A stretch of 64,000 nucleotides of DNA from positions 100,440,001 to 100,504,000 of the forward strand of contig OX597818.1 in the NCBI GenBank assembly GCA_951406725.2. The letters are read 5' to 3'. Below the pieces are notes generated by a model. That model saw nothing but the letters and a program-made list of their open reading frames with translations, did no database searches and was not told where the DNA came from. Shown one piece after another: positions 11,370 through 25,047 of the stretch. This DNA is from Octopus vulgaris (Eukaryota). How positions within the stretch are numbered: position 1 is the stretch's first letter; each line of letters starts with the position of its first letter. The position numbers and the translations under genes were made by a program.

Positions 11370-14140
11370 TATTTCTGCGTTATATGACAGAGGGCTTCTA
11401 GTTTTAATTAGATCTTCATAAATTTAGATCAGTTGAAAACTTTTCATAGATTTGACAATCAATATTTAATGGTTGTTTCTGAAAGTGGTTCGTTTCGACT
11501 CCGTCGTCTGAAGCTGAACCGCTGCAATCTGCAGCGGTATTTTCACAATGTTCAGAGCAATAAACCATGTGCAGTCAGTTGCTGATTTGCGGGACCGTTC
11601 ATTGTCAAGTGTTCTGCATTATTAAGCTTTTTTCAAATCCTTCTATCATAAATTCATAAGAATTGTCCCGTACGACCTTCGTGCTTGGCATTGAAGAATT
11701 GATGAAGAGCCAATCTTGCCGCCAGCCCATCGGGTACCACGCCTCTATTAAGTTCCCCTTCTAATTTCCTAACACGTTATCCCACTATTCTAGATTTCTC
11801 TAACGCTAATTCCATTCTAAACCCTGCCACTTCTTCTCCTATAGCCATTCTCAGGGCAGTCTGCCACCGGTTGATAACGATTGTTCCCAACAAATTCTGT
11901 TGGTCTAGCTTGCTAACCTGATTACCAAAGCTTCTCGCGCCGAAAAAGACGCGTTCTGCTTCCAATATCCGGAGTCCTGCCTATAGATTCTATTTCGGTA
12001 TTCCGTATAGATCGCAAATGTGTTGTCTGTGTAGCCGATGACTTTCAGTTGTGTACAACATAAGGTACTTCTATCTGTTGACCTACAGAATATTCTATCT
12101 AGGTATGATTTGAAAGATCCGATGCTATTTGCTGATGTCCACATTAGTACATTCAGGTAATTCAGTTGCTACCTGTCAAATAGTTCAAAGGGGCTGAGCA
12201 GATTTCTGAAGCTTTTACACATCCATCTCCTCTCAGATAGCCTCATCCTATTCAGGCTGCATCCAAGATAGCATTCTAATCGCCCACTAGCACTAAAGAG
12301 CGAGAATTACCAAAGGAAAACATACAAACACCTGTAGAAAGCCGGATGAACCAGTCGGGGCATACACAGCGACTAGTCTAAAAGTATCACTTTCATGGTT
12401 GCTCACAACCAGCTCCACCAATTTACAATCCAGGTGCAGGAAGTCCTCTTTACATTGAGATACAAATCTTACCTGAACAGTATTGGCATTCCGCCTCCAA
12501 TTCCAGAACGGCTAAGTGATGAGTGAATCTCAAATTCGTCAAAAATGTGAGCTTAAGATACTCTGAATTTCACTGACAAATCTAGCATTCTGAGGTTATT
12601 GAGAATGCGACCTTGCCTACAGTACGACCCCAACCCACGCACATTTATGCAGCCTATCCCAATATTTTCCATGTTGATCAGAGAGCGTTGAGAAAAGGAA
12701 AATAGTTGGGTTATTTACTCCTCGGTGCTGTGAACTGGCGTGTGGCTCTATCTCCGATATTGGAACCTGAACGCGTCTTTGGAAACATTTTTAAAGGTCT
12801 GCGTGTCGTATTTACGTTTGGGGTTTCCATGTCCTAGCGGAAAACCTCTCTAGTATTCTTGTGTAAGGTAAGTGGCATCCGCACTAACATTAGTTCGCTC
12901 TGTTACTTTATATGTGCTACTGTCATGAATTCTAAACCTCTCTCAATGTCTCTATTTCGTTCGATGAGGTTTATCAATTCATCGATGCCTCTTCTCACAG
13001 GCACGATATCTATATGACTGTGTGTTGTTGTGTAGGCTTTCTTTTATGAACGAGGAGGGGGCGTGATACTATTAGAGAGCTGCTGTTGGTAGCGGTGGTT
13101 GTGCTGACGGTTGTGGTGGTGGCGTGCTTGATGTTTGCTGTAATAGTACTTCCCATGTTTTCTGGTGTACGTGTCGGTGTAGGGTCGTGTCGTTTTTGTG
13201 TCCTCTGTTTCATTTCTTGGGTTTTGGGAGTTGTACCTCGTCTTCCCTTTGGGATGTGCAGCAACCAGTGTCTGTGGGATTTGTTTATGGGTGTGAGAAT
13301 GTGTCTGATTTTGTGTGAGTGTGTGTGTATGAGTGTGTATTTGAGAAAGGAGGAGATTAAAAGATTTTTTGAGAAGCGCCTTTAGTGGGTTTTTCCGTTA
13401 TTTTTCCTACTGTTATTGGTGGCGATGTTGATGCTGGAGTTTCTAGAGCTGTTTTCCTCTCAGCAGCTTTCTTTGTAGTTGTATCTGCCGGTTATTCGTT
13501 TCACAGCTACTCTTTTCATTATTAGAGTTGTTATTATGTATCTAGATGACAATAATTTTGGTGTTCCGGTTTTCTCTACTCTTGTTAATGAAGATGAGGC
13601 TGCAATTGTGGCACATTGACTTTGCTGTTGCTGTTGTTGAAGGTTCTGTGTAAACTGTAGAAGAGGCCTCAGACAGAAGGCTGTACGGTGATTCTGTAGA
13701 CTTTCTGCTTTCAATGACTACACGTAATTCGACCTCATTTTTCAGTCGTATAAGGTCCGAAACATTTTCTATACCTTCGGGATTCACATGAAGCAAGATC
13801 TCGATAATTTTCCCCGTAAGAGTTCATTCTGCTATTTCGTTTGACACCCAGGAGTGTCTTCGTGTCCTCCAATGCCATGCAGGCCACAATTCACCAGATG
13901 TTCCCGCTAGGCAGTCCACTTGATATCATTTGCCAGACAACAGCTTCCATAATACCTTTCAGATCCTTCTCTATGTGACCGATTGTGGCCGGATCGTCTC
14001 ACCTACACTTTCGAGAGACATATCTGTTATAAATTGTTCCATTTTCTCGTTTTTCCAAAAATTCAGGAGACACACATACCACTGCCTTCCCATCAAACTT
14101 AATGATGCTTTTGGCTTGAGACAAAGTGAACATAAAAGGT
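11370..14140 (-). mobile_element. Degenerate Tx1/L1-like LINE (ORF1 remnant plus APE start of ORF2)
   Basis: ORF2 start at 12672 MENIGIGCINVRGLG; FRLVAVYAP; LVLVGD*NAILD; WTSANSIGSFKSYLDRIF; upstream ORF1-like LRVVIESRK. Confidence 0.75.
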
Positions 14141-14959
14141 GACAGATTCCTATGATGGAAACAGAGACATGACGAACAAGTTGAACAGCTTACGAGAAAT
14201 ATAATTGGTAAAATGGAGACAAGAATGTGCTGCAAAGGAATCTACAACACAAAACACAGATGATTACAGGCTGATAGACAATGAATGAATAAATAGATAA
14301 ATAAATAAATAAAATAAACAAAATAAACAGCAAGAGATAATGAAGCAATGACATCAGAACATATTCCTCAGAAAAAATGATCGGAAATTTGAGAAACGGC
14401 TGCACTAAAGAAATTAACAGCAGAGCTATGATGATGTAAGACATACTGAAGCAGCAAGAAATGCTGTTCAGATTTGCTGCAGCGCAAAGAAGTTCAAAGT
14501 AGCAGGTAATTACTAGAATTTAGAATGAAAGGAAAACAATATTATGACAAGGGATAAATATCTTTCAGACATTCCCAGTGATATAAAACCATATTAAGTG
14601 ACTATATGAAAACAGAATACCAGCATGGATTAAAAATAGGTTGAAGGACAGTGGTAATGCAGAAGAACACGAAAAATGAGGGTGGGGGTAGCTAGTGATT
14701 ATAGGTCTTTTATATGCTTAGCATTTCTCTAGAAACTACTAATTAACTAACAGCAGAGATGCAGCAGGGAATTTTGTCAGTGAACAGGTCGCGGTTTCAA
14801 AGTGACAAAAATACTTTGACAAATTAAATTTAAATGTTGAAGTGAATATAACGGATTTAGTGAGTTTCCTAAATGGCTTATAAACACCTTCCATGCTGCA
14901 TTTGTTTTCATTCCAGCACACGATCTCAGATCAGGTCACTTGCTATGCAAGTATATCTC

Positions 14960-16948
14960 CGTAATTCCGAAGAATTTATTGTTTTCTGTAAAATCAATGT
15001 GATAAAAAGGAATGCATAACGAACTCAAGAAGACCTGTTGATGAAGTGCATATCAAAAGCACTATATTAAGTCGAGTACAAATATGAAAGAAATACCTTT
15101 TGGTTGATTACGCTACAAAAAAGAAAAAGTGTGTTTCAATGTATTACATTGATGGCTTTTGGGGTTTCGACAAACACTTGTGTGAAGATTGACAATTTTT
15201 TTAGAAGCGATGAGATGAATGGAAGTAGAACTAAAATGTAGAAGCGATCCATTCAGAAGTGCAAAAATATGAAGGAGGCTATTTAAGGGAGACTCTCTGT
15301 CATTATTGCATTCGTGATTGCGTTCATTCCTTCGAAAAACATACTGAAAAGAAGAAAATAAAACCGAACGCATCATCTGCTATACGCGAATAACGTCAAG
15401 CTCTAAAGTAACAATGATAACTACCTGTATTCTTTTGCAAAAAAAAAGAGGATATTTAGGAAGGATATTAGAATAGAGGCGGATGTGAACATGTTTATAA
15501 TCTTCATTAAAAAGAGAAGCTTAAATTTTATATCTGAAGGGTATAACGATACCAAAAACGAGTATTAGCTGCTGAGACGCAATGGAGAATGCAAAACTCT
15601 GTGAATGCCGGAGAATAATAGGGTAACAAGAAAAAGTAAGAGAAAAAGTTCCAAAGATTAAAGAGTAAGAATAGGAAAGTGCTCGAAATATATATAAGTA
15701 GATGTAATATTGTCAAGGAAATCATTATTTTTGGTCATGCCGTTGTCTACGTATTCTACTCTGTTTCTAAAGTGGACAAAGCCATCTATAAATATTTAAT
15801 AGAATCACGAAACTGCGGACAGTCCATAATGCACACTAACCTACAGATAATATCGAATGGCTCTACTTAGTAAGGAATCATAGAAGCAAATATTTGCTAA
15901 ACGTTGCTGCAACATAAGTCTTGAATAACTAAGTTACGTACACTGAAGAACACATTTATTCTGCAACCAGAAATAACGAAAAGATTATTTACGCAAGGTA
16001 TGAAAGAATTTATGAACAGAGAGAAGAAAGACTGGAAATATAACTGGAAGGAGTAGAAATTACGTGGCAAATTTTAATGCAGCAGTCAGAGGTCATGTGA
16101 ATAAGCAATCAGAGATCATGTGATAAAACGACAACAAAAAAGGCCCCTTCATGGGAGATACTGGATAAAACCAAACATAAAACAAATAGACAAAGCAAAA
16201 ACCCAACAATGGCTGAGAAGCTCAGTATCCAAAGAAGAGATTGAAGGATTTTTAATTGCATCAAAAGATCAAAGCCTCCCCACGAGAAATTAGCAAAAAC
16301 CTGTCATGAAAAGAAATACAAGTAACTACAGAATAAGTGGAGATGGAGAAGAAACGGTAAATCATATTATCTGAGGCTGCCCAGTCCTGACTAAGTAGGA
16401 ATATATTCAGAGACACGAAAGAGTTGGAACCGATATACACTGGAAGGTATGCCAACACTATGCAATAACAACAGAAAAAATGATGGTATAGGCACATGCT
16501 AGAAAAGGTCACAGAAAATGAGAAAGCAACCATACTATGGGATATGCTAATACACACAGATAGAGAAAATAAGGTCAATAGGCTGGATATTCTTGTCAGA
16601 GATGACCAAGAAAATATATGCTTTCTAAAAGTAACGGAGAAACTTTCAAAACACAAAGATCTGGAAATAATAATAACTCGAATGTAGAATCTTTAAACAG
16701 AAACAATTCCTATCGTAGTAGGCGCACTAGATATGATAAATAATATTCAAACATATACATAACCAAAAACCCAGGACTTACAAGTAAACATTATAGAAAA
16801 TAAGACTACTAGTCTTTGCATACAATCTACGTAAAGCACTTTCAATACACTAAAAATAAGAGCATCATAATAAATCAGATCACATACCCAAGACACACAG
16901 ATCTGCGCTCGGTACTGCAGTGATAGAAGGTGATAAAAATAAGACTAG

Positions 16949-16950
<2 letters not shown>
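14960..16950 (+). mobile_element. Old R4/Dong-like LINE remnants (RT to 3' UTR)
   Basis: LFKGDSLSL (QGDSLSP box) near 15280; HLLYANNVKL (LYMDD box); 16130-16950 is a diverged homolog of 17780-18643. Confidence 0.8.
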
Positions 16951-17012
<62 letters not shown>

Positions 17013-17015
<3 letters not shown>

Positions 17016-18643
17016 AAATGACAAACAGCTGGAAACACTATTAAAGACAGTTCATGGATTTACCAAAGAAATAGATATGAAATTTGGATTAGAAAAATGC
17101 GCCAAAGTAACCATGAAAAGAGGAAAACTAGTTAAGAGTAACAACATCACACTAGATAAAACCAATGAAATAAAAGAATTAGACCAAAGCCAAACTTACA
17201 AATACTTAGGAATCCATGAACTAGATAAGACACAACACACACAAATGAAAGAGAAAATAAAAAAAGAATATTATAGACGAGTTAGATCAATACTAAACAC
17301 AGAGCTGAATGCTAAAAACAAGATAATAGGTATCAACACTTTAGCTGTCCCAGTTATAAGTTACAGCTACAATATCCTTAACTGGACACGAAATGAACTG
17401 ACCAAAATAGATAGGAAAACAAGAAAAATAATGACAGGATCTAGGATGCATCACGGAAAATCTGACATAGAAAGACTATATATACAACGTATAGAAGGTG
17501 GTAGAGGCCTTATACAGCTGGAAAACTACTATAAAATAACCACCATAGGACTGCAAAAATATCTACTTCAGAAGGAAGGAAAACTGATCCAGACAGCGGC
17601 AAACCACGAGCAAAACAAAAACTGTTCTCAGTATTTAAGGAAGCTGACAAATACAAACAAGAAATCATACCACCTAATAAACATGAAGAAGAAGAAGAAG
17701 ATGAAGAAACAACAAAAGCTATAAAACAAATGAAATCCAAACTAAAAATAGAACAGCAACGAACCATGATAAAACGATGGCAAGAAAAGCCCCTGCATGG
17801 TAAATACAGGACTAAACTAAACGCAAAAGAAATAGACAAAGAAAAATCCCAGCAATGGTTCAGAAGCTCAGGACTCAAAGCAGAGACAGAGGGATTTTTA
17901 ATTGCAGCACAAGACCAAAGCCTCCCCACCAGAAATTACCAAAAACATGTAATGAAAAGAAATATTACAAGTAACTGCAGAATAAGTGGAGATGGACAAG
18001 AAACAATAAATCATATTATCTCTAGCTGCCCAGTCCTGGCTAAGAAGGAATATATTCACAGACATGACAGAGTTGGAATCTACATACATTGGAAGCTATG
18101 CCAACATTATGGAATAACAACAGAAAAAAGATGGTATAGGCACACACCAGAAAAGGTCACAGAAAACGAGAAAGCAACCATACTCTGGGATATGCCGATA
18201 CACACAGATAGAGAAATTAAGGCCAACAGACCAGATATAGTTGTCAGAAATCATGAAGAAAAAAAATGCTTTCTAATTGATGTATCAATACCGGCTGATG
18301 ACAACGTGTCTTTAAAAGAAATGGAGAAACTCTCAAAATACAAAGACCTGGAAATAGAGGTAACTAGAATGTGGAATCTGAAAACAGAAACAATTCCTAT
18401 CATAGTAGGTGCATTAGGCATGATAAAAAAATATTCAGACAAATACATAACAAAAACACCAGGACTTACAAACACATATAACATACAGAAAATTGCACTA
18501 CTAGGCACTGCACACATCCTACGCAGAACACTTTCCATACAATAACCATCAGAGCATCACAACAAATCACAGCACATACCCAAGGCACACAGAGCTGCGC
18601 TCGATAGTGAAGTGAAAGCACGCTATAAAAATAAAACTACTGA
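17013..18643 (+). mobile_element. Young 5'-truncated R4/Dong-like LINE flanked by (AAT)n on both sides
   Basis: MKFGLEKCA, YKYLG, GGRGL, ETEGFLIAAQDQ, RHD, RPD..ID RLE motif; one frameshift in an A-run near 17620; (AAT)n at 16951-17012 and 18643-18725. Confidence 0.95.
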
Positions 18644-18725
18644 ATAATAATAATAATAATAATAGTAATAATGATAATAATAATGATAATAATAATAATA
18701 AAAATGATAATAATAATAATAATAA

Positions 18726-19282
18726 ATGACCTGATGCAGTACCAGGCAGTAGCCGTCGTGGCTTCTGATCTTAACTGATTGGAAGTATTATCATGTACAT
18801 TGTTTTGTCTTGGTATAAAAGATGGGCTACAACAAATATTCTGCTCAATAACACAGATTTGCTTGTCAGTTGTTTGACCTTAACCAGTTGAGCATGTCCC
18901 TTAGTGGCTGACAATATGTGGATCTCTGCTCATGAGCAGAAGTAGTGGGGGAGCATCATAGCCGTGTGTTGAAAGGAATTCTTGGAGGTTTGGATAATTC
19001 ACCTTTGGAAACATGGGTGTTTCGTTCAACATCCTTAAACAATCATTCTTCAGGGACCTTTTGAGCGTGATGAGCTATTCGACCAGAAGAAAATTTTAAC
19101 TGGGCCCCAACTACAAGGTCATGCGCTGTATATCTTGATATGAGATCATCATGTCACGCACATATGGTTGTGATGCATGTGCCTGGTGTACCCTTATCAG
19201 ACGGGTAGTCATGATGGGTATACTGGGCTTCGTATATTTTACCCCAGTGACACTTTGATGGCATGCACTGCTCTCTCACTCA
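18726..19282. mobile_element. ~550-bp non-coding interspersed element embedded in (AAT)n, copy 1
   Basis: Full-length reverse-complement match to 28006-28547. Confidence 0.9.
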
Positions 19283-19344
19283 ATAATAATATTAATAATA
19301 ATAATAATGATAATAATAATAATCATAATAATAATAATAATAAT

Positions 19345-19885
19345 AAAATGTAACGATTCTGTGGGACTTTCCAGTACATACAGACCGAACCATCAAAGCC
19401 AATAAACCAGATATTGTTGTGAAAGACAAAAACAATAAAGTTTGCTTATTGATCGACATGAGCATCCCCTGTGATCATAATATCTCGGCGAAAGAGTTTG
19501 ACAAGCTCAGAAAATATAAAGACCTGCTCATTGAAATTGAGAAAATGTGGCATCTCAAGGCGGTTACAATACCAGTGATCGTAGGAGCACTAGGAATGAT
19601 CAAGAAGGGAACCGAAAATTATATGAGAATGATCCCTGGCTTATCATCCCTGCAAGAAGTGCAAAAGATTGTCTTAACTGGTACATCACACGTATTGAGA
19701 AGAGCATTGTCGCTGTGAGAGCTGTTACTGCCCATGTATTTTAATTTAACCTTAAAAAAAAATGGACGAACTATTGAGTTTGGTTTAATGGCCTACCAAT
19801 GTATACTATGAGTTTCTTTGCCCTAGGAGTCGGCAAGACGCTCGGCAAGAAACGGAAGCAAATTTGAAAGAAGGAGAAAAAAAAA
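19345..19885 (+). mobile_element. R4/Dong-like LINE 3' fragment (different subfamily)
   Basis: ILWDF..TD..IKANKPDIVV...LLIDMSIP...IPVIVGALG; (AAT)n flanks. Confidence 0.92.
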
Positions 19886-19984
19886 AAATAATAATAATGA
19901 TTTCTGACATGATTAAAAGATCACACACAATTTAAGAAAATATCTAATTGGTGCTTAGAAGGAAGTTTATTTCATTGAAATTTG

Positions 19985-20216
19985 ATGCTCCCCCACTACT
20001 TCTGCTCATGATCAGAGATCTACATGTTTTCAACCACGAAGAGAAATAGTCAACTGGTTAAGGTCAAACAACTGATGAGCAAATATGTGGTATTGAGCAG
20101 AATATTTGATGTAGTCCATCTTTTATACCAAGACAAAACAATGTACATGATAACACTTCCAGTCAGATAAGATCAGAAGCTACGAGAGCCACTGCCTGGT
20201 ACTTCTTCAGGGCATA
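19985..20216. mobile_element. Truncated copy of the ~550-bp element with (GAT)n tail, between ~88-bp direct repeats
   Basis: Matches 28323-28547; 19897-19984 resembles 20228-20315. Confidence 0.85.
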
Positions 20217-20319
20217 TGATGATGATGATGATTTCTGTCATCATTAAAAGATCACGCACAATTTAAGAAACTATCTAATTGGTGTTTAGAAACAAGTTTA
20301 TTTCATTGAAATTTGTCTC

Positions 20320-21270
20320 TCAATATAATGTAATTTAAAGAAAACCGTAGATTGCAATTTCCGGCAAGGTCATTGTAAATACTAAGAGTATAGAGCCGTT
20401 ATTGGCACATAAATATTATGAGTGATATTTATAAAGGGGAAAGCAAAAGAGAATGGAACAATGATGTTAAAAGACAGATTGGATGTATAATTATTAAACT
20501 CAAGACTGGAATGAACTTGATCCCTCAAATATTCAACAAGAATATAAAAAATGTTGAATTTTTACAAAGGAAATAAAATGGAGACGTATTGAAGACAAGT
20601 TTTGTGTGAAGGAACCACTCTTCCAGGTAGCAAGTTAATAATATAAGTGAAAATGCGCGAGGTCTATATATATATTTAGTAGATGTTGCAAAACGAGGAA
20701 TTGCAACAGAAGGAAATGAAGTTGTTCCAGAATATAACGGATGGAGGGGAGGATTTTAGAAACCAAATCAAATGGAATCGATACAATTAACTGATCAAAC
20801 CCTGGACAGAACCGATATTGAATTATACAATAGCTTTCCATCTATGGGCAAAAATGAACTGGATATAATAAGTACACGGTAGAAATAGTTTTTAACAATG
20901 CAAAATTAGCCACATCCACGAAGCAGTATTCCTTGATTATACAGACAAAACAAAATGGTGGAGTCAGAGCATTATGTGATATATGAGTCACAGTAGACTT
21001 AGCAATTATAGTGCCAGAGTTATACGTTAGTAAATGTGAAGTGAAGCATGTGCAACGTATATAAAAGTAGCTGAAAGGAATTATAAGCAAAATGAGGAGA
21101 GAACAAAATAAAGAAGGATGAATAAAAATGTTTTATTGGTTAACGGGGGATTTAGCAAGAGGAATAAAGTGCGGCTCATTGAAATGTAGTGGAGTAAATA
21201 GAGAATAACATCTCTGATCATTGGTGTTTAAGGAAAAGGTAATTGGAAGCAGCCTTGTTAAAGAAAAAAT
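20320..21270 (+). mobile_element. Highly degenerate R4-like LINE remnant
   Basis: A-rich coding-like sequence with weak PG.D.I and GLI-type motifs. Confidence 0.4.
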
Positions 21271-21375
21271 AGCCATACGATAAGTGTCAAGAAACTTGAA
21301 CGAATCTGTCTATGTGTATACGTGCGTGTATGAGTGTGTATGCATGCGCGTTTGTGTGTGTGTGTAAGTGTTCGT

Positions 21376-21411
<36 letters not shown>

Positions 21412-21479
21412 ATATCATCCTAATGAAAAATATAAAATAAACATGACAGAATAAGGAAAACTCAATGAATACCACATTA

Positions 21480-21745
21480 AAAAAAAAAATAAATAAATGC
21501 GCCCTTTTAAAGCCTAGCCAGGCTCATGGGCCAGTTTCCCGGTTTCAAGGGTGTATGTGTTCCCCAACTAGATGAGACGCCAGTCCATCGCAGCGTTACT
21601 AATTTTTGCCAGCTGAGTGGAGTGGAGCAACGTGAAATGAAGTGTTTTGCTCAAGAACACAACGCGTCGCCCGGTCCAGGAATCGAAACCACAATCTTAA
21701 GATTATGATACTGACATCCTAACCACTAAGCCATGCGCCTCCACA
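21480..21745 (-). mobile_element. tRNA-headed SINE, family C
   Basis: Minus strand: GGCGCATGGCTTAGTGG (A box) ... GTTTCGATTCC (B box); core shared with family B; homologous to 60845-61090. Confidence 0.88.
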
Positions 21746-21879
21746 CCAGATTAAAAGTTCTAAGAAAAAACTTATTCTTAGCCAATCGCTAAATTTTTTA
21801 AAATTGCTATTAAATTATGCAAGATTTGCGTTAAAAAACTAAATATGTAATATAATCTCAATGGGGAAATAGGATAATA

Positions 21880-22065
21880 ATCCTTTCCATTTTTGGTACA
21901 AGGCCTGAAATTTGGTGGAGGGGATGAGTCGATTACATCAACCTTAGTGCTTATCTGATACTTATTTAATCGAATAAGAAAGAGAAGAAAGCATTAGTCA
22001 AACTCGTCGGAAATTGAACTCATAACGTAAAGACGAGATGCTCAGCATCGTTTTGTTCGACGTGT
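21880..22065 (-). mobile_element. SINE family E, diverged
   Basis: Similar to the reverse complement of 24101-24316. Confidence 0.7.
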
Positions 22066-22519
22066 TAAGGTGTCGTGTTAGAAAAGGATGTTAAAATATG
22101 TAAAATATCTCTATCGTGAATTTTGTTCTTCTGTTTAATTATAGTGTAAAAAATAAATAGAATAAAACATATGTGAAAAATAACTAGGCAAGTACAGGGA
22201 AATTTCAGAATATGCAAATTGACAGCTTAACATCTATACCCATAGGAAGGCTACAAACAATTCTATTACAATACATTATGAAATAGATAGCCAATGGGAC
22301 TGAAGAAGTAAAGGAAGCTGTATTTTAATAAACCGATAACTGTATTCTCTGAGAACACAGCAAAATTTCTCGTAAACTACTGTGTCTAAATTTATATATT
22401 CGGCAAAATAATTTCATGACAATGTAGGTCAGTGATAATGAACCAAGTCACATTTACCATTTGCCTTCAATAGATATTTCAGAATTTATTAATTATAGTT
22501 TTTACACAGTAGTGCTATA

Positions 22520-22953
22520 GGATCTTTTCGGTTTGAACGGCAGTTTCTTAAAATAGTTTTCACGTAACTAAACACATTTAAACTTCGCATACTGGTAGAA
22601 TGTGTTTATAAAACATATTTTTCTCTTGGCTTTATTGAGAAAATTCTATAGTTAGTAAGATAATTGTTGTTTTTCTTCCTTCAATTTCTGCAATTTCAAC
22701 CAATCAGTGACGTCTATTGAGGTGAAAACATTCTGTGTCGTATTAATATGTCCCTCGTTTAAGAAACAGATTGGCTTTATTTACATTTCTGGAGAAAAAA
22801 AGATACCTTCCCCCACCCCTAACCCTAACTAGCCCTAGCTAACATTAACCCTAAAACAGATTTAAATGCAATAGATCGATACTAGGGTCATAATTATGGG
22901 TGACAATTTTATATGACACCGCTAGAAAACTGCCGTTCAAACCGAAAAGATCC
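22520..22953. mobile_element. MITE with GGATC TIRs and internal CCCTAA repeats
   Basis: TIR GGATCTTTTCGGTTTGAACGGCAGTTT at both ends; imperfect 8-bp TSD gtgctata/atactata. Confidence 0.92.
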
Positions 22954-24100
22954 ATACTATATTTAAAGTAGATAATGGCTGACGTTTTGTAACATAAGTA
23001 TATCAAATTGCGATGCGTGTAAAATATTGTTTCGTTTGTATATAAAGTGTTAAAAAGGTGAAAAATATCAAGTGTAAGGGATATAAAGGACTGAAGAATA
23101 GTTGAGAATCACTAATATGGGACAATTTCATAATGATGATCAGGAATTCAAGATAACATAATAGCTGGACAATTCAGCATCGGATTGATATCCTTCCCCC
23201 ACATGTGGGGCAGTATATGACACTAAAGCAATTTGTGTGTATCAGAACGGTATGACAAATGAATCATTTAAGAGAGTGACAAAATACTTCAAAATCTCAA
23301 CTGAAGACGAAGAAGGCCATGGACACTCCGCATGATATAACATATGGCTATGAGGATAGTCGCTGAATTACGTTCTGTTGACTGTGATTTTAAAATTTTC
23401 ACTTTCCAGTAAGGGGTTTTTTGTTTTTTTTTTATAACAGCAGTGCAATATTTCAATCTCTCATAAATCCGCACTCTGTTTCAGAAAACATGGATTTTCT
23501 AATTTAACTGAGATGAAGTCGGATTATTAAATGTATAGGAAGGGATCATGAAGAGAAGGATATTAAGCCAGAATTCTAGTACAATGTGAAAGAAGATATC
23601 AAATACATAGGAGAACCAAACACATATAAACAAATACTTAGGAGATAGTACAGGGGACAAACTACAACAAATAAAGTAGCAGAAAGCGTGAGATAAAATA
23701 TTTTAAAACACATTAGTTAAATACATAAACCAATGATAATGCAAGTAATAGTAGTTATCATCAGTATTCTAAATAGCTTAGTAATAGCTAAATATATATA
23801 TTCGTAACAGGGTATTCAATAAATTAGGAAGCCTGAACAAAATGAGGCAAGAGAAATAAGAGAACATTTTAGAACCCCATACTAAAGCTTGACTTAGAAA
23901 TATAATTTTTCTGTGCCAGTACAGATTGAAGGTTTTCAAAGCGGAAACTATTATCAAAATATTCAACAAAGATATGTGTAGTTAAGAATCATACAAAACA
24001 CTGATAATATCAAAGCTCTTTTTCGCCTTAAGCGAATCTAAATTAGAACACTTGAAAACTCCAAAACGAAGCTATATGTGTGTTAATATAAGCACAAGTA

Positions 24101-24410
24101 AAGGCGACAAGCTGGCAATATCATTAGCACGCCGGGTGAGATTCATACCGGCATTTTGTCTGCCTTAACGTTCTGAGTTCAAATTCTGCCGAAGTCGATT
24201 TTGTCTTTCATCCTTTCGGAGTCGATAAATTAAGTACCAAATGCGTACTGGAGTCGATCATATCGACTGGCTCCCTCTCCCAAAATTTCGGGCCTTGTGC
24301 CTAGAGTAGAAAAGAACGTTCTGAGTTCAAATTTCACGGGGGTCCACTTTGCTTTCAACCTTCTGGGGTCGATAAAACTCCCACAAGTGGAGGATAGCGG
24401 TCAATTTCAT
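24101..24410 (+). mobile_element. SINE family E plus a partial tandem second unit
   Basis: B-box GAGTTCAAATT; TTTCATCCTTTCGGAGTCGATAAATTAAGTACC core; the unit restarts at 24316. Confidence 0.85.
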
Positions 24411-25047
24411 CGAAAACCGTGATCAACTGGTACTTATTCTATTGACACCTAAAGGATGAATAAAATATACCACCTTGGCTATAATTGTCTGAAATGTCTG
24501 GGACAATCCGAAAATGAAATGCGTAGGCAATCACTACAAAATGGAGGAAAGGGAGAAACCAAAATGAATATTGATACTTTAAGAAATTGACTAAAATCCA
24601 CAGCACTAACATTATAATACGAAATACAAGAAGAAAAAATCCTTAGAAAAAAGGGCTATAATATTGGTGGTTCGGAATATCTTCGTACAGACCTGGATTA
24701 CCGTGAAGTACTAAAAACCTAATCGTAATACTGACAGCCAATCTTCGGTTGCATACTTAGTGTGGGTCCATTAACGAAGTCATTTGTCATCATTAACTTT
24801 TCATAAATCCTATAAAAGAGCAACACCTAATATGTCTTCCCAGTTTATAACTGGAACTTCAAGAATTTGATAAGAACTTGGCTTGAGAGTTAAAGATCTG
24901 TCAAATCTTTCAACCACAACTTTCATGCATACATTTTCGCTGTAAATAACAAGTGGCGAGAGACTATCAGCCCTTTGTTTCTCTGCCGGGCAAAAGCTTT
25001 AATCAATAACAAATCTCTGAACGAGGTATAAACAGTAGCTACACAAC

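Noticed and set aside
17610-17730. Two-ORF arrangement or programmed frameshift in the R4 element
   Set aside because: R4 has a single ORF; one missing A in an A-run restores it (mutation or sequencing indel)
18760-18830. U2 snRNA-like sequence in the 550-bp element
   Set aside because: Only a few bases (TAAGATCA) match; no branch-point recognition region or Sm site
22810-22855. Telomere or chromosome-fusion remnant
   Set aside because: Only a few CCCTAA units, inside a TIR element
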